Shown here: piece after piece, positions 17,811 to 27,517 of the stretch
Layout of the letters: each line of letters begins with the position of its first letter
Numbering within the stretch: the first letter of the stretch is position 1
Source of the DNA: Candidatus Baldrarchaeum yapensis
GTDB taxonomy: Archaea > Asgardarchaeota > Baldrarchaeia > Baldrarchaeales > Baldrarchaeaceae
Direction: 5' to 3'
DNA: 32,000 nt
Assembly (NCBI GenBank): GCA_016840465.1
Contig: JAEOSH010000012.1
Span: 1 to 32,000, forward strand
Translations under genes and position numbers: made by a program
Notes under the pieces: generated by a model
What the model was told of the DNA's origin: nothing
Databases searched by the model: none
Seen by the model: only the letters and a program-made list of their open reading frames with translations

Positions 17811-18575
17811 ATGAATATTTTAGGGCCAATTTATCGGTTGTATGAATGGCTATTGTGGAGAAAGGTGAGTAAAGGGAAAATTCCACAACACGTTGGTGTA
17901 ATACTGGATGGCAATAGAAGGTTTGCACGAGAGCACGGCCTTGACATCGAAAGTGGTTACCGGAGGGGTGCTGAAAGAGTCAGGCACTTCCTCAAGTGGT
18001 GTTTAGACATAGGAATAAAGGTGATAACGCTCTATGCCTTCAGTACTGAAAACTTTCAGCGCGATGAGCGGGAAGTTAGTATACTTATGAAATTATTAAA
18101 AGAGTACGCAGAAAAGGCGCTAAATGAACCTTACATTTACAAATACAAAGTCCGTATTCGCGTACTTGGAAGAAAATATTTGTTCCCAGAGGAATTAAAG
18201 GAACTAATAAATGAACTTGAAGAGAGGACAAAAAACCATGACAAGTATTTTCTAAACATAGCCCTCGGCTATGGCGGACGAGCAGAAATTGTAGATGCGG
18301 TTAAGAAAATAGTAAGGGAAGCGATTAATGGGAAAATAGATCCCGAAGAAATAGATGAGGACATGATAAGAAGGTATCTTTATACCGATGGGCTCCCAGA
18401 CCCGGATATTATCATCAGAACCTCCGGTGAGGAGAGACTGTCAGGTTTTCTCCTATGGCAGTCAGCATACTCCGAGTTGTATTTTTTAGATGTTTACTGG
18501 CCAGCAATAAGAAAAATAGACTTCCTTAGAGCTATTAGAACATATCAGCAACGGGAACGCAGATTTGGAAGGTGA
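17811..18575 (+). CDS. uppS: cis-Prenyltransferase (polyprenyl diphosphate synthase)
   Basis: HVGVILDGNRRFAR, YAFSTENFQR, YGGRAEI, DPDIIIRTSGEERLSGFLLWQ and RERRFG motifs. Confidence 0.96.
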   Translation: MNILGPIYRLYEWLLWRKVSKGKIPQHVGVILDGNRRFAREHGLDIESGYRRGAERVRHFLKWCLDIGIKVITLYAFSTENFQRDEREVSILMKLLKEYAEKALNEPYIYKYKVRIRVLGRKYLFPEELKELINELEERTKNHDKYFLNIALGYGGRAEIVDAVKKIVREAINGKIDPEEIDEDMIRRYLYTDGLPDPDIIIRTSGEERLSGFLLWQSAYSELYFLDVYWPAIRKIDFLRAIRTYQQRERRFGR

Positions 18576-18579
18576 TTTC

Positions 18580-19086
18580 ATGAAAGAAAAAGAAAAATCG
18601 CTTCTTAAGAAACTTCTCTTCAAGAAGAGAAAAAAGAAGAAAATGGCAGTACTTATAGATTTAACCAATGTCGGAGAGGAGAATAGGATAACCCTTCTAA
18701 ATGAAATAAAAGCTCTTCTACTTTCAATTCCGAAAATGAGAACGATAAGCATGATAAAAATATTTCTGGGGGATAGCGCACCCGAAGGGATAATAGAGAT
18801 GTTCATGGAACTGGGGGTTCCTCCGGTTATAGTACCAGAACATCCGGACATTTATCTCGCATACGAACTTGTAGATATATCCCACTCAGAGAAGTTCGAT
18901 GGAGTGATTTTATACTCGTGTAACAAGAATATCCTCCCAGCACTCAGTAAGATAAAGGAGTCCGATAAAGAACTACTAGTGATCCTCTCAAAGCACGACG
19001 AAATTGCAGAAATTCTGAGATCAATTGCCGATCAAGTACTACAACCGGAACCTCCTCCAACGGAAGAGCAAAAAACAAGTAATTAA
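18580..19086 (+). CDS. NYN/LabA (DUF88)-like protein with degenerate active site
   Basis: AVLIDLTN...PDIYLAYE...FDGVILYSCNKNILPAL...LRSIADQV follows the NYN pattern. ATG 18580 has an SD overlapping the uppS stop. Confidence 0.65.
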   Translation: MKEKEKSLLKKLLFKKRKKKKMAVLIDLTNVGEENRITLLNEIKALLLSIPKMRTISMIKIFLGDSAPEGIIEMFMELGVPPVIVPEHPDIYLAYELVDISHSEKFDGVILYSCNKNILPALSKIKESDKELLVILSKHDEIAEILRSIADQVLQPEPPPTEEQKTSN

Positions 19087-19116
19087 TGGTAAGTAAGAAT
19101 AATTCGAAAATAACTC

Positions 19117-19374
19117 TTAGGAATTGCTTCTTTTACTATCATTGACATTCACGATAATTATATCTCCGCACCTCGTCCATTCGTAGGGAATGGTTATACG
19201 GTTCTGCTCCTTAGAATTCTCGTTTGCGCAATCTACATCTATTTGTCGTTTTATACTCACAATGAGCTTGCTTATTCTTTTCCTGTTGAGATCTATTATG
19301 ATGTCCTCAACAACGCCTACAAATACTCCTCCTGCCGTGTAAACCTTTTTTCCGACAAGTTTTGATGCATACAT
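19117..19374 (-). CDS. PRC-barrel domain protein
   Basis: ASKLVGKKVYTAGGVFVGVVEDIIID...IPYEW...GDIIIV PRC-barrel signature. Confidence 0.88.
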   Translation of the reverse strand: MYASKLVGKKVYTAGGVFVGVVEDIIIDLNRKRISKLIVSIKRQIDVDCANENSKEQNRITIPYEWTRCGDIIIVNVNDSKRSNS

Positions 19375-19379
19375 TTACG

Positions 19380-20090
19380 TTATTCCTCCGGCTTTGAGAG
19401 TATTATGCGTGCATCGACGGTTTTTGCGCCCTTTGAATACGCAAAGATTGGATTGAGATCCAACTGATCGATCTCCTCTATTTCCATTACCAACTTCGAA
19501 ACATTAAGTATGATATTTACCAGCGTATCAATATCGGCGGGTGGCCTCCCTCGGATACCGGTAAGCACTGGATATCCCTTTATCTCCTGTATCATCTCCC
19601 TCGCATCGTATGCCGTCAGTGGCGCTATTCTGAAGCTAACATCCTTCAAAACCTCAACAAATATCCCACCAAGGCCAAACATTATCGCGGGTCCGAACTG
19701 TGGATCCTTTGTCATACCAACTATAACCTCGGCCACAGGCTCAGGAGCCATTTCCTGTACGGTCACTCCTCTTATATCTGCGTCACTCTTGAACTTTCTC
19801 ACGTTTTCAATAATTTCCTTGAACGCTTGGCGAACTTCTTGATCATTCTTCAGATTAAGCTTGACACCGCCTACATCACTTTTATGGATAATGTCGGGGG
19901 ACAGTATCTTCATGACAACTGGGTACCCTATCCTGTTTGCGGCCTCCACAGCCTCATCTTCGTTCGTTGCAATCTCGAATTTTGTTACCGGAATTCCGTA
20001 ATCTGCAATTACCATCTTTGCCTCGGACTCGAGTAGGAAATTTCGTCCTTCAGATAGCACCTCTTCTATTATTTTTCGCGCCTTACTCAT
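19380..20090 (-). CDS. acdB: Acetate/acyl-CoA ligase (ADP-forming) beta subunit
   Basis: LLESEAK, GYPVVMKILSPDIIHKSDVGGV, DPQFGPAIMFGLGGIFVE and LDLNP (ATP-grasp). ATG 20090 has a GAGGTG SD. Confidence 0.93.
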   Translation of the reverse strand: MSKARKIIEEVLSEGRNFLLESEAKMVIADYGIPVTKFEIATNEDEAVEAANRIGYPVVMKILSPDIIHKSDVGGVKLNLKNDQEVRQAFKEIIENVRKFKSDADIRGVTVQEMAPEPVAEVIVGMTKDPQFGPAIMFGLGGIFVEVLKDVSFRIAPLTAYDAREMIQEIKGYPVLTGIRGRPPADIDTLVNIILNVSKLVMEIEEIDQLDLNPIFAYSKGAKTVDARIILSKPEE

Positions 20091-21531
20091 TGCTCTTAAC
20101 ACCTCTCTTTTTTAAAGCATAACCGCTTTCTCCAAATAATATTTTTCTAATTTCCTCCCTCCTCCTATGATACTCATGCAACGCCCATAGGGCTTTAGCG
20201 GCTCTTTCGGGAGTAGGATAAGCGGGTATGTTATTTTCCTCCAGCAACTCGGCTGCACGCATTGCGAACATTCCACCCATGACCACCGTCACGATGGGCT
20301 TACCCACAGAATCGGCAATATCGGCAATGTGGTCAACAACTGTCAGATCCAAAAGTGGGGCAGTAAATAACATTATCACCATCGCTGTATCGACATGTTC
20401 GGTTGGCAGAACATCTTCTAGGGCAATTCTGTATCTAAGCGCATCTGTATCTCCGGTCACATCAACCGGGTTCTTCACAATGCAATGTGGCGGATACTTT
20501 GTGTAGAGTCTCCTCTGAATTTCAGGAGGCAACTCGGGAACGCAAAGTCCGAGTTCTTCGCATGCGTCTACTGCCATTACCCCGGCTCCACCACCGTTTG
20601 TGACTATAAGAACTCTTGGACCTCGTGCAACGGGTTGCATGAATAGCGCTTTTGCAAGATCAAACGCCTCCTCGAAGTTCTTAGCCCTGATGACCCCTGC
20701 TTGTTTAAATGCGGCGTCATAAACTTGATCAACTCCTGCAAGCGCGCCTGTATGCGATGATACGGCTCTTGCCCCTCCCCTCGACCTTCCTGATTTTATT
20801 GCAATTATTGGTTTCCTGAGAACGACCTTTCTCGCGGCATCTATGAACTTTCGTCCCTCGTTTTCCTTAAAACCTTCGATGTACAAAACTATGACCTTCG
20901 TATCTTCGTCCTCTGCAAGAAACTCGAGCAACTCCGCCTCATCCACATCACATTTATTTCCTAGGGAAATCATCTTACTAATGCCCAAGCGGACACTCGC
21001 GCACCAGTCCATCATTGCGGAGGCAAATGCTCCACTCTGCGATATGAATGCTATTGGCCCAGCCTCGGGCCGATTGAGTTTATAACGGGGTAAAAACACG
21101 GTGTCAACGCCAGTCTTTGAGTCGAAAACTCCCACGCAGTTTGGACCGATGATCCGAATGTTAGATTCTTTGGCGATCTTTACAACCTCCTCCTCTCTGC
21201 GCCTTCCTTCTTCTCCAATCTCGCTAAAACCGCCCGAAATTATCACTACACTTTTTACCTTCTTCTCAGCGCACTCCTTGAGCACTCGCGGAACTATATG
21301 CGCAGGTGTGGCGATCACCGCCATGTCGATTTCATCGGGGATGTCGATTATACTTGGGTAACATTTTCGACCTAGAATCTCCCCGTAGTGGGGATTCACC
21401 GGGTAGACGCGTCCCTTGAACTTCTTGCTTAGGAAATTCCTCAATAAGACGTTTCCTACACTGCCATCTCTACCCGATGCTCCTATTATCGCAACACTAT
21501 TGGGCTCGAAAAAGTACTTTAGGTTTGACAT
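20083..21531 (-). CDS. acdA: Acetate/acyl-CoA ligase (ADP-forming) alpha subunit
   Basis: FEPNSVAIIGAS, IIGPNCVG, ISQSGA, SLGNKCD, SHTGALAG (phospho-His), TNGGGAG and NPVDVTGD. Confidence 0.95.
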   Translation of the reverse strand: MSNLKYFFEPNSVAIIGASGRDGSVGNVLLRNFLSKKFKGRVYPVNPHYGEILGRKCYPSIIDIPDEIDMAVIATPAHIVPRVLKECAEKKVKSVVIISGGFSEIGEEGRRREEEVVKIAKESNIRIIGPNCVGVFDSKTGVDTVFLPRYKLNRPEAGPIAFISQSGAFASAMMDWCASVRLGISKMISLGNKCDVDEAELLEFLAEDEDTKVIVLYIEGFKENEGRKFIDAARKVVLRKPIIAIKSGRSRGGARAVSSHTGALAGVDQVYDAAFKQAGVIRAKNFEEAFDLAKALFMQPVARGPRVLIVTNGGGAGVMAVDACEELGLCVPELPPEIQRRLYTKYPPHCIVKNPVDVTGDTDALRYRIALEDVLPTEHVDTAMVIMLFTAPLLDLTVVDHIADIADSVGKPIVTVVMGGMFAMRAAELLEENNIPAYPTPERAAKALWALHEYHRRREEIRKILFGESGYALKKRGVKSNE

Positions 21532-21614
21532 CTAATGCCCTCTTTCATGCTTTTGCATCGTCTCTGACTTACTTCCTAAAGTTCTTTAAACCCTTATATG
21601 TTTGTCAATTCCAT

Positions 21615-22382
21615 TCACTCGTAAACGACGAAATCCTCGCCGCCTGCACATATTCTCTGAAGTACGGCATAGAGGTCATCAAGCCCCTCCCACTTAACAG
21701 ATGATGTGAGAATAAGCCCGGAGGGCAATCCCATCTCGCTGAGAAGTTCACATATTCGGAGGCTCATTTCCCTCCGTAAGCCCCGCCCCTCCAGATCTAT
21801 TGCATTCAGCAAACTCATATGATCCTCTGACCACTCGAGAATCCTGTTAAGATCCTCCTCGGATAACATATCCTTTTTCGTCAGAACATAGATTTGAGGT
21901 TTATTGAACCTATATTGGACAGATAACCCCAAAAGGAATATGGACACGTAGCTTAGCGGATTGCTTGCCAAGACTCCATCCACAAGATACACGATTGCAC
22001 ATCGATCCCCACCGAGAACAGAGACAAGATATGGGCCCACACTTCTGTATGCAAACAACTCCATTTGTCCTGGCGTGTCGACTAGAACATAATCGGGCCT
22101 CAACTCCTCAATCTCATTTTTTAATCTGTCGATTTCTCCGATTAGCATGTCTATTGAAAGTATCAGCGCCCCGTTTGGTCCCAATTCGTAGTTCAACATG
22201 ACATCTTCAACCCTCACGTAATCGCGAACGTCGACATCCGGTGCGTATGGAAGCTTTCTCACGCCGGGATCGAGATTAACGGTAGCAACATTCACATCGT
22301 GCTGTTTTAACCACTCTGCAAATACTCCTGTCAGCGTGGATTTCCCGCTACCGGCTGTCCCGATAAAGAATACGAAGAACAT
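21615..22382 (-). CDS. GPN-loop GTPase (archaeal GPN)
   Basis: GTAGSGKS, NLDPG, LGPNGA (GPN loop), DTPGQMELF and TKKD motifs. Confidence 0.95.
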   Translation of the reverse strand: MFFVFFIGTAGSGKSTLTGVFAEWLKQHDVNVATVNLDPGVRKLPYAPDVDVRDYVRVEDVMLNYELGPNGALILSIDMLIGEIDRLKNEIEELRPDYVLVDTPGQMELFAYRSVGPYLVSVLGGDRCAIVYLVDGVLASNPLSYVSIFLLGLSVQYRFNKPQIYVLTKKDMLSEEDLNRILEWSEDHMSLLNAIDLEGRGLRREMSLRICELLSEMGLPSGLILTSSVKWEGLDDLYAVLQRICAGGEDFVVYE

Positions 22383-22544
22383 CTTATCACCGTTGGACGG
22401 AAGAACCCGTCAAGTGATGCACTTGCTCGCAATAATATATCGCCGGGCATCAATTTTTAAAACTTTTATACAGGTAAATACCTTCGACAATTGCCGATAT
22501 TTATTTCGATAAAATGCGAAACGCTTATTTTGTAAGATGACATA

Positions 22545-23306
22545 ATGGCACGTATGTCCTTCAGCGATGAATGGATCGAGAGAATAGCGCAGGAGATAGC
22601 AGGGGATATAATACTATCGGATGAGCCAGGGAAAGTGATGAGAAAGTGGAGAGAACGCTTTCAGGTATCGCAAAAGGACCTAGCCGAATACCTCGGAGTA
22701 TCTCCATCGGTAATAAGCGATTATGAGAGCGGACGCAGGACCTCCCCCAGAATCCGGACTATAAAGAGAATGGTGGAAGCCCTTATAATGATAGACCTCA
22801 ATCGAGGAGGTAATTTCATCAATGCCCTTAGAAAATTAATATCTCCGAATATACCTTCTGACATTCTACTAGACATCCGAGAGTTCCAATATCCGGTCCG
22901 TGCTGTGGACTTCTGCCGTCAACTCAACTGTGAAGTGATTGCAAATGAGGACATACTGAAAGAAACCATGATCTGCGGGTATACCGTCGTTGATAGTATA
23001 AAGGCGATTCTAAAGCTTACTCCCGAACAACTGCTGAGATTGTATGGTGTCTCCCCACAAAGAGCAGCTATCTTCACGAAAGTATCAACGGGTCGGTCTC
23101 CGATGGTAGCAATAAGGATAGTCCAAATAGGCGGCGGAAAGGCCTTAAAGCCGGCAGTTGTAATACTCCATGGTCCGAAAAAGGTGGACGAATTAGCGAT
23201 CAAAATCGCAGAATTGGAAAAAATACCACTACTCGTGTCAAAGATCGAGACTATCGATGAACTCCTGCGGAGAATACGAAGCTTCACACCTTATATGCAA
23301 AGGTGA
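22545..23306 (+). CDS. Archaeal XRE-type HTH regulator (COG1709-like)
   Basis: IAGDIILSDEPGKVMRKWRE...SPSVISDYESGRR and GYTVVDS...IFTKVSTGRSPMVAIR...VDELAIKIAE. Confidence 0.88.
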   Translation: MARMSFSDEWIERIAQEIAGDIILSDEPGKVMRKWRERFQVSQKDLAEYLGVSPSVISDYESGRRTSPRIRTIKRMVEALIMIDLNRGGNFINALRKLISPNIPSDILLDIREFQYPVRAVDFCRQLNCEVIANEDILKETMICGYTVVDSIKAILKLTPEQLLRLYGVSPQRAAIFTKVSTGRSPMVAIRIVQIGGGKALKPAVVILHGPKKVDELAIKIAELEKIPLLVSKIETIDELLRRIRSFTPYMQR

Positions 23307-23375
23307 TTTCTGAGGCGCACCAACCGCACAATCAAAAATTTAAGACAGAACGTGTGATCATGATAAAATTATGGA

Positions 23376-26180
23376 ATGCTTTCACGGGAGTGTGACAAAG
23401 GAGTGACAATCGCCGAGAAATATAGATCCTTTTTTACTAAGGAAAAATATGAAGTCGAACTTTTCCGGGAGAAAGGATTTGTCAGAAAGAAATGTAAAGT
23501 TTGCGGGAACTATTTCTGGACACTGGACCCCGATAGAGAAACTTGTGGAGACACGAACTGCGTAATGGGATATAAATTTGTAGGAAGGAGAGGACCTAAC
23601 TGGGACTTTCATCAGACAATAGACAAATGGTGCGAATTTTTTGAAAAACACGGTCATACGAGGATAAAAGAGTACCCCGTGGTCGCACGTTGGCGAGATG
23701 ACATAGCATTCACGATTGCTTCAATTGCAGACTTCCAGCCTTGGGTTGTTAGCGGCGTTGTCGACCCACCAGCGAATCCCCTTGTTGTGCCGCAACCTTG
23801 CTTACGGTTCGGGGGCAAAGGGTTTAATGACATAGATAATGTTGGAAAAACAGGAAGACATTTTTCTCTGTTCATAATGGGCGGGCAACATGCCTTCAAT
23901 TCAAAAAAATGGAAGAGTTACTGGATGGACGAGTGCATAGATCTTAACTTTAAATTTCTGACGGAATACTTAAAGATTCCACCGGATGAGATAACCTATA
24001 GAGAAGATGTGTGGTCGGGAGGAGGAAATCTAGGTCCATGCCTCGAGGCATTTGCCTACGGACTTGAAATCGTTAATAATGTGTTCATGCAATATGAGGT
24101 GCTACCCGACGGGTCAATAAAAGAAATGGAAAACAAAATCATAGATGTAGGATGGGGAATAGAGCGCATCTGCTGGTTTTCACAAGGTACTATAACGGCA
24201 TATGACGCAGTATTCGGCCCGGTACTTGAGTGGTTGAAGAAGGAAACTGGAGTAAAAGAGGACCTGTCACTACTGAAAAGATATGTCGAAGCATCATGCC
24301 TACTAGATAGTTCTGAAATCTCGGTGGCGGATAGGGATAAGATAGTTGCCGAAAGAATAGGCGTGCCCTATGAAGAGTTACAGCAGTCGCTAGGGCCGAT
24401 ACATGCTCTCTATGCAATTGCCGACCACACAAGGGCCTTGCTCTTTGCAATCGCAGATGGCGCAATTCCATCAAATGTCGGTGGAGGATATAATCTGCGT
24501 GTGCTGTTAAGACGCTCCCTATCACTTAATGACCTCTACGGACTGGATATAGACTTCATAGAACTGTTCTATAGGCATATGGAATATCTGAAAAGATCAT
24601 ATCCACGAGTACTCGAAGCGGAGGGGATAATAGAGGACATATTCAAGGTGGAAAGACAAAGATATTATGAAACTCTATCTAAGGGCAGATCTTACGTCGA
24701 ACGGTTGCTAAAGCGAAAGCGAGAATTGAAAAAGGAAGATCTCATAGAACTCTATGAATCACGTGGGATCCCACCCGAACTTGTGCAAAAGGTGGCAAGC
24801 GGGCTAGGAATAAAGGTAACCATCCCCAGCGACTTCTACGTGAGCCTTAGTGAGAAAGTATCTAAGCGCGAGGTAGGACAAAAAGAAGAGATTACTGAGG
24901 CACTCGCGAATAAGGTCAAAGACCTTCCTCCCACAAGAGAACTCTTCTACGAAGATCCCTACCTAATTGAATTCCGAGCTAAGGTTTTGAGAATAATAAA
25001 CAACAGGTATATTGTACTCGATAAGACATGCTTCTACCCGACAGGAGGCGGGCAACTTCATGACACGGGCTTTATAGGTAATACGAGAGTGATCAATGTC
25101 GAGAGAGTCGGAACCGTAATAGTTCATGAGGTAGAAGATACAACCACCCTGAACGAAGGTATGGAGGTCATCTGCAAGATAGATGCTGATCGCAGACGCT
25201 CCCTCATGAGGCATCATACCGCAACGCATATAATAAACGAAGCCGCGCGCAGAGTTCTAGGAAAGCATGTGTGGCAAGCAGGAGCAGAAAAGCGTCCAGA
25301 AAAGGCGCGATTGGACATAACTCATTATAAACCGCTAACACCGGAGGAAGTGAGGGAAATAGAGTATCTAGCAAACAAAATAGTGATGGAAAACAGACCA
25401 GTTGAGATAGAATACCTCGAGCGAACGATTGCTGAACAAAAGTACGGTTTCAGGATCTACCAAGGTGGAGCAGCACCAGGAAGAGTGCTGAGAATAGTAA
25501 AAATACACGACTGGGACGTAGAAGCCTGTGGCGGAACACACTGTTCGACGACAGGTGAAGTGGGATTGATTAAAATTCTAAGGGTTGAGAGGATCCAGGA
25601 TGGTGTTGTTAGAATAGAGTTCTGCGCGGGTGAAGAGGCCATCAAACAGATGCAGAATGAATTGTTGCTACTTGAAAAAGCTGCGCAGGTGTTGAGAGTA
25701 CCAAAGGAGCAGCTGCCAGATGCGGTAAATAGGTTCTTTAACGAGTGGAAGGAAAGAGGCAAGACAATAGAGAAGCTTATGGAGGAACTGGCTGAAGTTC
25801 GTGCCGACGCTCTCATATCCTCTGGAGAAAAATTGAACAACGTGTTGCTTGTTGCTGGCGTGCTCGGAGTTGGAAGAGAGGAACTCGTAAAGATAACTGA
25901 GAAGATAATAAACAGGGAGCCGTCCTCAATAGTTGCCCTTGGCGGAGGGACAGAAAATGCAACAGTGGTTCTCGGTTTCGGTGAAAGGGTCTGTCAGTTA
26001 TTTGATAACGCGAAAAAACTAACAAATGAGTTGTGCAAGAAGACGATTGGCGGTGGGGCCGGCGGAAAACCGCCGCTTATAGTTGGAGGAGGACCAAAGC
26101 GGGAATCCCTCGAAAGGTTGATAGAGGTCCTAAAAATAGAACTGAAAAGATTGTTGTCGGAACAAACCTTTCCGGAATAA
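23376..26180 (+). CDS. alaS: Alanyl-tRNA synthetase, archaeal type
   Basis: CKVCGNYFWT, YPVVARWRDD, QPCLRF, IADHTR, FYPTGGGQLHD, HHTATH editing motif, ACGGTHC and a C-terminal DHHA1-like region. Exact start uncertain. Confidence 0.98.
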   Translation: MLSRECDKGVTIAEKYRSFFTKEKYEVELFREKGFVRKKCKVCGNYFWTLDPDRETCGDTNCVMGYKFVGRRGPNWDFHQTIDKWCEFFEKHGHTRIKEYPVVARWRDDIAFTIASIADFQPWVVSGVVDPPANPLVVPQPCLRFGGKGFNDIDNVGKTGRHFSLFIMGGQHAFNSKKWKSYWMDECIDLNFKFLTEYLKIPPDEITYREDVWSGGGNLGPCLEAFAYGLEIVNNVFMQYEVLPDGSIKEMENKIIDVGWGIERICWFSQGTITAYDAVFGPVLEWLKKETGVKEDLSLLKRYVEASCLLDSSEISVADRDKIVAERIGVPYEELQQSLGPIHALYAIADHTRALLFAIADGAIPSNVGGGYNLRVLLRRSLSLNDLYGLDIDFIELFYRHMEYLKRSYPRVLEAEGIIEDIFKVERQRYYETLSKGRSYVERLLKRKRELKKEDLIELYESRGIPPELVQKVASGLGIKVTIPSDFYVSLSEKVSKREVGQKEEITEALANKVKDLPPTRELFYEDPYLIEFRAKVLRIINNRYIVLDKTCFYPTGGGQLHDTGFIGNTRVINVERVGTVIVHEVEDTTTLNEGMEVICKIDADRRRSLMRHHTATHIINEAARRVLGKHVWQAGAEKRPEKARLDITHYKPLTPEEVREIEYLANKIVMENRPVEIEYLERTIAEQKYGFRIYQGGAAPGRVLRIVKIHDWDVEACGGTHCSTTGEVGLIKILRVERIQDGVVRIEFCAGEEAIKQMQNELLLLEKAAQVLRVPKEQLPDAVNRFFNEWKERGKTIEKLMEELAEVRADALISSGEKLNNVLLVAGVLGVGREELVKITEKIINREPSSIVALGGGTENATVVLGFGERVCQLFDNAKKLTNELCKKTIGGGAGGKPPLIVGGGPKRESLERLIEVLKIELKRLLSEQTFPE

Positions 26181-26315
26181 TGTATTATCGCAATATTACA
26201 TTACAAATAGTTTCGCTTAACCCTCTCACTTCTTAGCAATGATCGCCTTAAGCCCACGTATTATTCTGAAAAGTTCTATAAACAGCCACTGTAAAGAGAC
26301 TACACGGTGGTTGTC

Positions 26316-26504
26316 ATGAAGAGGTTGCTGGCTCAAGCATATCTCCATAAACTCGTCGAGAAGATAGATGAGTTGCTGATGAAAGATGTAGAGGAGGAAA
26401 CATTGAAACTCAAAATATTGAGTTTACTCACGCCTTCTGAGCTAATAGACATATTACTAATGTTGCGGCGAAGTGCAATTACTGCACCAGCAACAAACAA
26501 TTAG
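26316..26504 (+). CDS. Small hypothetical helical protein (62 aa)
   Basis: GGTGG SD before ATG 26316, BRE-TATA-like GAAAAGTTCTATAAA at 26268-26282, amphipathic Leu/Glu/Lys composition, and it fills the gap up to the purA stop. Confidence 0.6.
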   Translation: MKRLLAQAYLHKLVEKIDELLMKDVEEETLKLKILSLLTPSELIDILLMLRRSAITAPATNN

Positions 26505-26506
26505 CG

Positions 26507-27517
26507 TCACACTTCGAATCTCCTATCGATAATTTCTTTACAATCCGGGCCAGTCCCTATGAGCGTAACTGGGAGCTTAAGTTCGCTTTCTATCTTTTCT
26601 ACAAATTCCTTTGCTTGAGTGGGAAGTTTTTCGTACTCCTTTATCCCTCTTGCTTCCGGAAATAGGACATCAAGTTTTGTGAGCGCTATTTGGGTTGCAC
26701 TATTAAGCATAATGGCTCGCTTTGCTAGTTTGAAGTTGAAAGGCGCAGCACGCCTCTCTCTGCCGGTAACCGTCGCCACCTCGTACCATCCCCTCCTCTT
26801 AGCCTCCTCTTTACTTATCTCACCCTCTAAGGGCCCGCCACCCACCCTCGTTACATAGGACTTAAAGACGATGATCACTTCATCGACCTTCTTCGGCCCT
26901 AGTCCAACATCAGCGCAGGCGGACGCTGCACATACGTCTTTTGATGTCACGTAGGGATACGTTCCGTGATATAGTGATAGAAACGTGCCTTGCGTTCCCT
27001 CGACGATCACAACATCCCCTCGATCAACTGCCTCATTAACCTCTAGTGGAACGTCGGTTATATACGGCCGAAGCTCCGGAATTTGTTCAGCAACTTTTAC
27101 AACCCTCAGTGCCCGATCGGCATTTGCCGGACCGCACCCCGATCCGGTGGTCCCTATTTTCCCGGACAGATGCTTTTCCCTTCTATCCCGATCTATGTGC
27201 GACTGTTCTATTATCGCACAGTATTTATCTATTCCCACCCTGCCCTCCGCACCGGTCACTTCTACCTCCTTGAGAAAAACCTCGGGATTTACAAGCACTC
27301 CTGGTCCTATGAGTAGCCGTGCCTTTTCATAGACAAATCCACTCGGTATCTGTCTGAGTTTATACGTTTTACCCCTGTAGTGAACAGTATGCCCGGCGTT
27401 CGGTCCGACCCCAGCTCTCACAACTATGGATGCCTTATCCTTCAACGCTAGGTAAGATACTATTTTTCCCTTCCCCTCATCTCCGAAAAATCCGCCGACC
27501 ACGACCGTACACACCAT
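26507..27517 (-). CDS. purA: Adenylosuccinate synthetase (short archaeal form)
   Basis: GGFFGDEGKGKI, GPNAGHTV, IGTTGSGCGPA, EGTQG, YPYVTS and ATVTGRERR motifs. Confidence 0.97.
   Translation of the reverse strand: MVCTVVVGGFFGDEGKGKIVSYLALKDKASIVVRAGVGPNAGHTVHYRGKTYKLRQIPSGFVYEKARLLIGPGVLVNPEVFLKEVEVTGAEGRVGIDKYCAIIEQSHIDRDRREKHLSGKIGTTGSGCGPANADRALRVVKVAEQIPELRPYITDVPLEVNEAVDRGDVVIVEGTQGTFLSLYHGTYPYVTSKDVCAASACADVGLGPKKVDEVIIVFKSYVTRVGGGPLEGEISKEEAKRRGWYEVATVTGRERRAAPFNFKLAKRAIMLNSATQIALTKLDVLFPEARGIKEYEKLPTQAKEFVEKIESELKLPVTLIGTGPDCKEIIDRRFEV

Noticed and set aside
22396-22425. SECIS element interpretation of the GPN leader hairpins
   Set aside because: No in-frame UGA was seen in neighbouring genes, and the stems lack archaeal or eukaryote-type SECIS core motifs.
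26238-26269. AATGATCG ... CTGA as a second C/D RNA
   Set aside because: C box is imperfect, there is no internal D'/C' pair or closing stem, and the D-like motif overlaps the promoter of the small ORF.
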